Under the pieces are notes generated by a model that was not told where the DNA came from, did no database searches, and was given only the letters and a program-made list of their open reading frames with translations. This document shows, in pieces, positions 54,595-64,000 of a DNA stretch of 64,000 bases; positions within the stretch are counted from its first letter, which is position 1, and the number at the start of each line of letters is the position of its first letter. Origin of the DNA: Vitrella brassicaformis CCMP3155 (taxonomy: Eukaryota; Protista; Chromerida); contig CDMY01000738.1 in NCBI GenBank assembly GCA_001179505.1, positions 186,001-250,000 on the forward strand, in the 5' to 3' direction. A program made the translations under genes and the position numbers.

Positions 54595-57500
54595 ATGATT
54601 CTCTCTCCGCTGCGCGGATCGCCTCCCGGCTCGCGCCCAGAGGACATGACGCTTCCTGACTCATTCCAGGTGTCTGCCTCGGTTGCTGAGGCGCTTGCCC
54701 GCAAAGATGCAGTTGTCGCGCTGGAGTCGACCATCATCAGCCATGGCATGCCCTACCCAGACAACGTGACGACTGCACGGCAGGTGGAGGACGTCATTCG
54801 GCAGCACGGTGGGCGCTGATAGCTGAGAAAGGAGAGATCTTTGGTCTGCATTCATAAGCAGGGGCTTGTTTCAGGTGCCGTGCCTGCAACCATCGGCATC
54901 ATGAATGGCAAGATCTGCGTCGGTGAGCTAACCGAAAATGCTCGGCAAGCAAATCGACTGCAAGCGCTTGCAGCCGAATGGGCTGTGTGATCTCGGTCTT
55001 GCCTGACAGGGATGAGTGCCGATGAGTTGGAGTCGTTCGGGCGACTCGGCCGCGAGTGCGTCAAGGTCTCACGGAGGGACATCGCCCAGGTCATCGCATC
55101 AGGTCGTCCTGGGGCGACCACAGTGGCGGCCACCATGTGGATCGCAGCCCAGTGCGGCATCCGCGTGTTCGTCACGGGAGGCATCGGTGTGCATTGCAAC
55201 ACACACGCTGCCAACAGGATTGCATTGCTTCCCACGTGTGTGTGCTGCTGTGATGCTTCTCAGGTGGGGTGCATCGAGGCGCGGAGGAGGTGCGAACAGA
55301 AAGAAGCACAGCATCACTGCCGAATACACCACTGACGGGTGTGTATGTGGCGGCGGTGGTCTGCAGACATGGGATGTATCGGCCGACCTGACAGAGCTGG
55401 GCCGCACGCCAGTCTGCGTCGTGTGCGCCGGGGCAAAGTCCATCCTAGACCTACCCAAGACGGTAGGCATGGCATGCAACACACGAAGAGGCCAGGCATG
55501 CCGATGCCGCCGTCTCTCTGCCACTCTGTGCCTGGATCTATCTGTGTGGGTCCGTTTGCCATCCATCCATTTTGTCAGTTGGAGTATCTCGAGACCCAGG
55601 TTCGCACATCACATGGCCGGCCGCAGCCACGCCACCGCAGCCGGTGATGGGTTCGTGTCGTGTGTGTAGGGCGTGTGTGTGGTGGGCTACGGCACAAATG
55701 ACTTCCCGGCATTCTTCTCGCCGAGGTCCGGCCTACCCGTGCCTCACAGATGCGGTGCGCAACAATCACAATCCACCGAGGAGGACACAGGCATTTACAC
55801 GCACTCTTGTTCACTGCCCTTCCTGCAGACACAGCTGCAGAGGTTGCCCGGCTCCTCAAAGCTCACTTTGATCTGCAGCTGTCAAGTATGTGGATGGCTC
55901 TCAGACACCAGGGCGATGTATGCCTCCCTGTGGTGTGTGTGGTGGTGCCAGGTGGGATCGTGGTCGGTGTGCCCATCCCTGAGAGCGAGGCAGCGCAGTT
56001 TGCCGATGTCGAGAAGGCCACACAACAGGCTGTGGAAGAGGCCAGGTGATCACAACCAAGCAAGCATTGGGACCATGGCTGAACGGTCGCCCTTCTCTGT
56101 GTGTGTGTGTGTGTGTGGCTTGCAGGAGTCAGTCCATTGTGGGCCGAGACGTCACGCCCTTCCTGCTGAGCAGGATCAACCAGCTCACAGGTACCTGCAG
56201 AGATACGGACCCAAAGCAACCATTAAGTCAGCCCCAGGCTTGCATGTGTGTGGGTGTGTGCAGGTGGAGCCTCCCTGGCGGCCAACATCGCCCTCATCAA
56301 GCACAACGCAGCTGTCGGTGCCCAGATCGCCACCCAACACGCACAAATGCGGCGGCAGGTGAGGAGCACCGATGCAGGCACTAACTGCGCACACAAGCGC
56401 ATCTGTGTTGTTGGCGGCTTGGCAATGGACTTCATTGCACGGTGAGTGAGCTGAATGAGCCGGCCAGCATGACGATGGGATGTATGTTCGTGTCTCTTTA
56501 GGCCAGCGGACGTGAGGAGTCGCGGCGCGTCCCGCACGTCGATGCCCGGCACCCTTACGACTCATCCAGGAGGGGTCGCCAACACCATCGCCACGGCACT
56601 CCAGGCCGTGCAGTCGCGAATGCCGGCCCAGGTATGCAACACATGCATCACAAAGGCCATGGATGGATGTGCCACATGTGGCGGACTCTTCGTGCAGGAG
56701 TTTGAGGTGTCGCTGGTGTCGGCAGTGGGCAGCGACCTCATCGGCTCGTCCCTGCGGCAATCGGTGGGCGATGCGGGGTGCCTCGTGCGCATTGACGGCA
56801 CGCGAAGTGCCACCTACACGGCTCTGCTTGACGGTGGTGGCGAGCTGGTGGGCGCTGTGGCCGACATGGCCATAGTCGAGAGGATGGCGCCTCACATGGT
56901 GGGTGTGGGATGAGGGGGTGCAGTGCAGGGATGTGTTTGTGTTTGTGTATATGTGTGTGTGTGGTGGTTCGGTTCAGCTGCCATGGGATCTCATTCTTTC
57001 GAGCACGCTAGTCATCTGTGACGGGAACCTGGCTCAAGGCACGATCACATCCATCTGCCAGCGATGCGCCGAGGCGTCACCACCCATACCAGGTACCAAT
57101 CAACTCAACATACACACACATGATCCAGACCAGACCAGGCTCATGATCTGTCTGTTCATCCTTGACTGACGCACATGGAATGCAGTGTGGTTCGAGCCGG
57201 TGAGCATCCCCAAGTGCGTCCGAGGCCTCCCCTGCTTACCCCATTTCCACCTCATCAAACCCAACCATGACGAGCTGGCGGCCATCGTCACTAACATGGG
57301 GCAGCGGCAGCCGCAGCAGGGAACCGAGACCGACATGGCGGAAAGGATGCTGCGAAGAACAGAGGTAGGGGGAAGAAACTAAGAGGAGGGAGTTATGGTC
57401 AATCCTGTGTTTCTGTATTTCTGTGTTTCCGTGTGTGTGTCAGGCTGCCGGTTCGCGTCCCGAGCGTCACGTGCTCGTCTCGTGTGGCGCCAGAGGTGCC

Positions 57501-58448
57501 GTCCTTGCAACGTCGACCGCACGCACGCCACTACGGCCCGGCTCTTGTCGGCAGAGAGGTCTGACATGGCGCGCCGACCTGCCAGATGCGGCAGGCAGCG
57601 GAATGAGGGACGGTCTGGGCGTGAGGATACAGAGCTGGGGTAAGTAGGCCGACCGACCGGCCCACGTGATCGGAAAAATGATATTTTGATGCTCTGTGTG
57701 TGTGCGTGTGTGTGTTGGGGGGGGGGGGGGGGGGNNNNNNNNNNNNNNNNNNNNNNNNNNNNNNNNNNNNNNNNNNNNNNNNNNNNNNNNNNNNNNNNNN
57801 NNNNNNNNNNNNNNNNNNNNNNNNNNNNNNNNNNNNNNNNNNNNNNNNNNNNNNNNNNNNNNNNNNNNNNNNNNNNNNNNNNNNNNNNNNNNNNNNNNNN
57901 NNNNNNNNNNNNNNNNNNNNNNNNNNNNNNNNNNNNNNNNNNNNNNNNNNNNNNNNNNNNNNNNNNNNNNNNNNNNNNNNNNNNNNNNNNNNNNNNNNNN
58001 NNNNNNNNNNNNNNNNNNNNNNNNNNNNNNNNNNGGGGGGGCAGGGTCCTCTGATGGCCGTGTGGTGTTTTGGTCTTACGGTGTCGACGCCATTGACAAT
58101 GGCGTCGTCAATGTCACTGGAGCAGGTCAGGCAAAGAGGCATCTTAGTGGGCTTGGCTCGGTGCTGCCCCCCCAGGGCCCATCTGTCTGTCTGAGACCCT
58201 CTCTGTGTTCAGGTGACTCCCTCCTTGCCCTCACCGCATATGGCCACTTCATCCAGGGCCTACCGGTCCAGCTGGCCGCCATTTTAGGTCTGGTGGCGGC
58301 CCACCTGTCGCTCTTCAGCGAGTCCCCCATCTCGCCGTTGGTCACACCCGAGCTGATGAGTCGGCTGGCTGACGCTGTCAGGGGGGATGAGGGGCTCAGC
58401 GGTTTGATGTGTGTGGGTGCATCAACACATGTGAATGCGAAACTGTGA
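54595..58448 (+). CDS. psuG-psuK: Pseudouridine-5'-phosphate glycosidase / PfkB pseudouridine kinase fusion
   Basis: [69 protein letters not shown]; then [36 protein letters not shown]. Confidence 0.93.
57735..58034. other. Assembly gap (300 N) flanked by G homopolymers
   Basis: Run of N within the PfkB part of the fusion gene. Confidence 1.
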
Positions 58449-58598
58449 CGGACTCTGAAGTACTTATGTGGGGATGTAAGCTAACCGCCTGCAGAATGGA
58501 ACGAGCATCCAATCATGTCGCTTTCGGCCAGGTCGCAATGACGGGCCATTCTCTCGCCGTCTCACTTTGAGGCCCCCAGAGACTCAGTCTCGAAAGCG

Positions 58599-60326
58599 AT
58601 GGCAGCAGTGTTTGCAGCCGCCGTGGCTGTTACGCTCTTCCTTGGAGTGGCGGAGGGCGGGAGCCTGCAAAGGAAGCAACGCCCAATGCGCCAAGGTATG
58701 TGTCCACACCGCACAGGGATCCCTTCTCTCTCCAATAGTCTCTCTCTGCCATGCCACTGGTGTCGAATTCGACGCACTCCTGCAGGCTTTTCGGCCCATC
58801 GAGATGACATAGTGAGCGCTCTCCCTGTTCTCTCTGGCCCCAGTAACGCCCCGCCGCCTCGACCTCAGCAAAATCAGGGAGAGTGGATTCCCATCGGAAA
58901 GCCGCCACAGCCCCCCGCTGCTCCCGGCCAAGACAAGAAGCCAGGGGAAACGGTCCCTGCACAGCCTGGTGCAGCCCTGCCAGCGTCGACGTCGGCTCAG
59001 TCCCCGGCCGCTCCCAATGAGGCTACCACAGCCGCTCCCGAGGCTGCTCCTGAAGGCGAGAAGACTTCGGGCGGTCCGACTTCTGCTCCACCTGCAGCCG
59101 CACAGCCTTCTGCTGCAGCTGCAGCTGAAGCGCCGCAGCCACAGCAGCCACCACAGCCACCCGCACCAGCCTCTAAGGAGGCCCCGGCAGCAAAAGCGGA
59201 GGAAGCAGCTGGTCCCCCCCAGCCCCAGCCGCTGCCTCCTGCTGTTGCAGCCCCACCAGCAGAGACACCTAAAGAGGCCTCTTCATCCATCACCCCTGCC
59301 CCCGCTGTTTTAGGACAAGAGGGAGAATTGGGCGGCCCTCCTGCCGCTGCCGCGGCTCCAGCCCCACCCACACAACCTTCTGCCGCACCGGTGCAGCCTG
59401 CAGCAAAGAAGGAGGCACCAGCAGCCGACGCAGCGGCGAAGGCGGCAGAAACACCCCCTCTGCCACCTGCTGCGCCTGTCAGTGAGAAAAGGCTTCAGCC
59501 GACCGGAGAACACGCCCTGCATAAAGCCGCTGTCAGTGAAGGCGGTGCGAGGAGGGCTGCTCCGGTGATGGTGTCTCCGCTGGTGTCGCTTGACCCGGTG
59601 GATTTGGGCGAGAGGGACGCCGGGGGGCGAGTGGTGCGGTGGGACGACTTCTACGGGACGGACAGATACGAGAGCATCATTGCAGACTTCGCTGAAAGGG
59701 GAGAGGATGCGTTCCCACAGTGAGACAGAGAGAGAGAGAGGGACAAATGGGACGTGTGGATGGATGGATGGATGGACGGTGGATGCAGGTGTTGCGTGTG
59801 TCTGATGCGAGACACGGACCTGCAGCACCTGCCCCTTGCAGAGAGGAAGTGCATCAAGACGCCCCGCATGACGACACACGACTCCCAGAAGGAGGAGGCC
59901 CCGCTCATCGACGGAGCCGCACAGCCATTCAACGAGGGGGCCTGCGCCAGCCTCTGCACCGACCTCGGCGCACAACAGAGCCGCTTCTTCCCCTTTGACC
60001 ACCATGCTCCTGCCGGTGTCTGCGAGGTGAGACACACACACACACACACACAACCAGACACCACGGACACACAAAGTTCCCTCTTGCAGAAGGTGGACCT
60101 CTGCTCACATACGGTCGGGAGGTCGGCCTTGAAGAACGGCATCAAGTGCCGGTCCGCGGAGGGGCCTGACTGCCCCATGTGTCATGTGGAGGGGTGGGAG
60201 TGTGTGGTGGCGAGTGGCGAGTGGCTGGAGAGCGTTCGTCACGCGCTAGATGGGGCGGAGGAGGGGGACTATGTTGCGGTGCACCGGTATGTGGAGCCGG
60301 CGACCCTCTATGCTCTGCTGGACTGA
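58599..60326 (+). CDS. Secreted Pro/Ala-rich protein with C-terminal Cys-rich (possibly PAN/apple-like) domain
   Basis: MAAVFAAAVAVTLFLGVAEG signal; ~250-aa PA-rich stalk; ACASLC...FFPF...VCEKVDLC, CRSAEGPDCPMC. Confidence 0.7.
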
Positions 60327-60641
60327 CTGACTGACAACTGGTGGACGCGATGATTCAAAACGCTTCTTGACTTGGGGTGCGGTGCATGACACAACAAACT
60401 TGCATACGATGGTTGTTCGTTCGTTCGTTGGTTCGCACGGCACGGCATGGAGGCGCAAAAACGTCAGCAGGTCGACCTAACAACTCGTCAAAGGTGGTGG
60501 ATGCAAGCCCTACTCACCCAGCCCCTCCACACACCCACCGTCTGACCTACGTCTTCCAACGTTCACTGCCTACTGCCTGATCAATCAACCAAAAGGTGTG
60601 ACTACGCATGACTGAATACACGAGTGTGTCTTCGCCGTGGC

Positions 60642-60749
60642 TGCGTTGACGAATTGCTCGTGCTGCAGGGAATCGCGTTACCACCCCACCCGCAGGGGTA
60701 GGTCGGGTGGTGCCACGTCTCCCGGCAGTACGAGCAATTCGTCAATGCA
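60642..60749 (+). other. 108-nt fold-back (candidate pre-miRNA-like ncRNA or hairpin element)
   Basis: 60642-60666 pairs with 60725-60749 over 25 bp (23 Watson-Crick + 2 G-U); the interior also pairs down to a 4-nt loop. Confidence 0.6.
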
Positions 60750-61076
60750 CTCAGCAGCACATAACAAGGAGCACACACGCCTTCATGGCTCGATAGCGAT
60801 GCATCCGTGTGTCCCACCATCACCCACCTGGCTCGTCGACTGACTGCAGAGGGGCTGGGCTGCTCTCTCTTTGCGAAAAAGGTGACCACACCCCCCACCC
60901 ACCCACAATCCGCGAAAATCGCCACACTTACGTGTGCCACACACACATGGATACGCACACACATTCACACGTAAACACACACATACAAAGACCGACCAAG
61001 GAAACCTGTCCACCTGTCGCCTCCCTAGTCACCAAATGCCGCCAGCCACGTGTGTCTGTCTGTGATGAGAATTTGT

Positions 61077-62345
61077 TTAGAGTTTGCTGAGTACGACGTC
61101 GACGAAGGAATCCTCGCCCTCGCCCACCCAGGCCACCTTGGCGCCAGGCTCGATGATCATCGCATAGCTGACACACACAGAACATTCACCACAAACCAAA
61201 AGGAGGGAGGGAGAGGTGCCATGGGATGAGATGAGGTGCACCTTTGTGTGTGGATTTGGTGTGGGGTGTGTGTGGTGGGGAGGGGTAGTTACGTTAGTTA
61301 CCGGTTGGATCGCGAGCCGAGGTAGTTAGCCGAGGCGTCCAGCACCATACCGATGGCCTGAACGGGGTTTGAAAGAAACAAGGACACACACACACGCACA
61401 TCATTCAGATGTGGCGGGTGTATGGGGTGGGTGAGTAGGTCGTCCTTCTGCTGCACCGCAAGGCACCTACCTTGGTGAAGTCTCCGTTGCCGTCGCTGAT
61501 CATCAGCACACTGTCGGGCACATTGACGTCCTTCTTCCAGGCTGATTGATCCAAGCACACAACCAACCATCCACAGCACGGTGAGACAGACAACACACAC
61601 AGGAAAAGTGGAAGTATACGCGCGCGCGTGTGGGATGGATGCGATGCTTGTGGGTGGGGTGAGACGACGCACCTACCCTTCATGACGAACGGGTCATTAA
61701 CGGCGATGCACGCGATGGTCTTCACGCCCTTGGCGGCCAACTCAGACGCCTTGCTCACGAAGCCTGACCAGGCCACATGCCACACACACATGCACACGCA
61801 GAAATATGTGTCTGTCTGTCTGCCTGTGCGGCTGGTGTGTGGCGCGTACCGGGCAGGTGCTTCTCGCTGCATGTGGGGGTGAAGGCACCTGCACACAGGC
61901 GCACAAGACACTTGCCATCCACCCACCGGTGCACCACAGTGCATGCCTTTGTGCCCTGTCTCTGCCTGTCTGTCCTTGTCTTTGGCTCACCCACCCGGGA
62001 CGGCGAAGAGCACCCCCTTGTCGGTGAAGACGTCCTTGATGCTCTTGACCTCATCCCCAACCTTCACCTTCACATCAGGCAGCTGCTCACATCACACCGA
62101 CCACACACCCACATGCACCACATGCAGCACATGCAGGTCGTTTAGCGCCTGGATCTCCCTGCTGCCGTGTCCTTCCATCCCCCTTTTCGTCGCACCGTTG
62201 CTCCGGCAGCGATTTTGGCCATCGTGGTCGTGGCGAAGTGTCGGGGCGGCTCACACAGAGAGTGGCGAAAGAGGGACGGCCGGAAGGCTGTGGTGGCAGA
62301 TCTGAAGGCTGACGACAGTGGCAAGCGCGAAAGGGGCAAGATCAT
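61077..62345 (-). CDS. PRX5: Type II peroxiredoxin (Prx5/AOP-like) with mitochondrial-type presequence
   Basis: [55 protein letters not shown]. Confidence 0.93.
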
Positions 62346-62602
62346 GCGCCGGATGGCGAGCGTGTCCGTCAAGCTGGACGGAGCGATGTGCTCTAACTCC
62401 ATCCGCATTTCTCCCTTCCCTCCCTTTGCTCTCTGTCTTCACGTCTTAATGGCTCGTTGCCTGCTGTCCTAGCGAGTGACTGTGAGGCGGAGAGAGTGTG
62501 ATTTGAGATCTTCTTGGTTCTTCGCCTGCTGCCGTTCGCTGTCTGTTGACTGACCGTCCTGTCGGCTTGTTCGTTTCGTTCGTCGTTTGCTGGCCGGCCA
62601 TA

Positions 62603-63215
62603 ATGTTGCCCAACTTCCAGAACCTGATGCAAAACATCGACACGTCGATGAACATGGGGTGCGATGCGCCAGACAGACAGACAGACCCCTGAGGCTCCGG
62701 TATCTCTGTCTGGTCTGTCTGGTTTGTCTGGTCTGTCTGTCTGTGTGAAGGTTGATCAACAATCTGAGAACCAACAACCTCATCCTTGACGTGTTGATCT
62801 GCGCCCTCATCCCCGTGGTCCTGCAGCTGCTGCACTCGATGGACCCCATGGCCACCATCAAGCGCTGGCTGGAGCGGTGGTTCAGGGAAACCTGGGACCG
62901 CAAGACGACCTACGTTCGCACCATTGCGTGAGCGTCGCGGAGGCAGGGAGGGAGGGTGGGAGGGTGGGAGAGGGACGGGAGAAGGTTGGTTGGACGGCGT
63001 GCTGTGTGTGGGGCGTATGCAGGGTGACGTTCAACGAGAACAGCAGCGTCTACGCGAATTGCAGCAACACGGGCGGCAAGATGACCACCCACCACCAGCG
63101 CAACAAGGGCCTGCAGGAGGCCATCCAGCTGTACCTTCAGCAAAAGGGGCTCAAGCTCACCACGGCAGAGGTGGCCCTGTCCACGCGCAAAAACCCCGGT
63201 AGCCTTTGCACCACA

Positions 63216-63250
<35 letters not shown>

Positions 63251-64000
63251 GGAGAGCATGGAGCCCTCTGATTGCTGCGGCCTTGGGTCTGCAGATGACG
63301 AGTACGATTCCGAGGATGAAGGCGATGACTTCAAAGGTAAAGATCCATTCGGATTTGACCTCTTTGACCCTCCTGCAAACCACCCCAAATTCTCCCCAGC
63401 AATGGACGACGACTGGCGCGTCAAGAAGAACCAGCAGCCGGACAAGCGAGAGTTCGACGTCATCCGGCTCCCGGCCGACGGCAGGTGGGTGACGGTGGAC
63501 TCCGAGAAGCGCCTCGAGTTCCGACACATGACCAAGGAGAAGGACCAGGGGGACGGTGGGGGCGAGGAGGATGACGGCCGCGACCGGGGCGGCGGCCGGA
63601 GGGCCTCCAACAAGGAGATGACCTTCGTCTATGAGCTCATGTGGTGAGTGGAGTGCCAGCCCGGCGAGAGAAATGGTGCGTGTTAGTTTGTCGAGCTGTG
63701 TGTTGTGTTGGTGGTGTGGTTGGCGTGTCAGCACCAAGGAGGCTGGCGACAAGATCATTGACGAGTTCATCAATGAGGCGTATGACTGGTACGAGGCGCG
63801 CCGGCTCAAAGAGGCGCAGCGGGACAAGTCGCGTTACTTCTTCTCAGTCATCAAGTACCCCACCATCGACGAACGGGTAAGCCAAACACACACACCCCAA
63901 GCACGTCGTGATACGCAGACACACGTGTCCGCCCCCTTCTCTGCTTCTCCTCTCGGCTCGGCTGCTGCAGAAGAACAGCACTGCCGGGCTGCCCACTTTC
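62603..64000 (+). CDS. Probable BCS1-like AAA ATPase, N-terminal part only (runs out of the window)
   Basis: LRTNNLILDVLICALIP, RNKGLQEAIQLYL, IDEFINEAYDWY...RYFF resemble the N-terminal region of protist BCS1-like ATPases. The ATPase core is not in the window. Confidence 0.5.

Noticed and set aside
57717-58041. Long G runs and X-containing ORFs
   Set aside because: Assembly gap artefact.

Overview
Compact, intron-rich, GC-rich eukaryotic genomic DNA with about 27 protein-coding loci. Inferred source is a chromerid alveolate, most likely Vitrella brassicaformis. The basis is short GT-AG introns full of (GT)n/(GGAT)n/(GTCT)n, an apicomplexan-type four-CNB PKG, a signal peptide + FAP plastid leader, and a lineage-expanded F-box-like family; this was not confirmed by search. 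Recognisable genes: GpsA-type G3P dehydrogenase, calcyphosin-like, MORN3-like, PKG, TYW3, RPL27A, RPC5, lipocalin, aldo-keto reductase, VWA protein, maltose O-acetyltransferase, RING-H2, J-domain protein, M16 peptidase, PsuG-PsuK fusion, type II peroxiredoxin and a probable BCS1-like AAA ATPase. Most interesting observations: (1) a coiled-coil/two-zinc-finger/PARP-like ADP-ribosyltransferase whose catalytic Glu lies behind a 1-nt frameshift, paired head-to-head with an F-box-like gene inside degenerate direct repeats; (2) a secreted acidic precursor built from duplicated exon+intron units, each carrying an RRLDE (PEXEL/TEXEL-like) site; (3) a 108-nt intergenic fold-back with an uninterrupted 25-bp stem; (4) 24 of 27 loci arranged as tight divergent pairs whose spacers are enriched in AGATCT and telo-box-like motifs. 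Gene models were spliced by eye, so exon boundaries and some starts are approximate. A 300-N gap interrupts the PsuG-PsuK gene. No tRNA, rRNA, CRISPR array or intact transposase was found.
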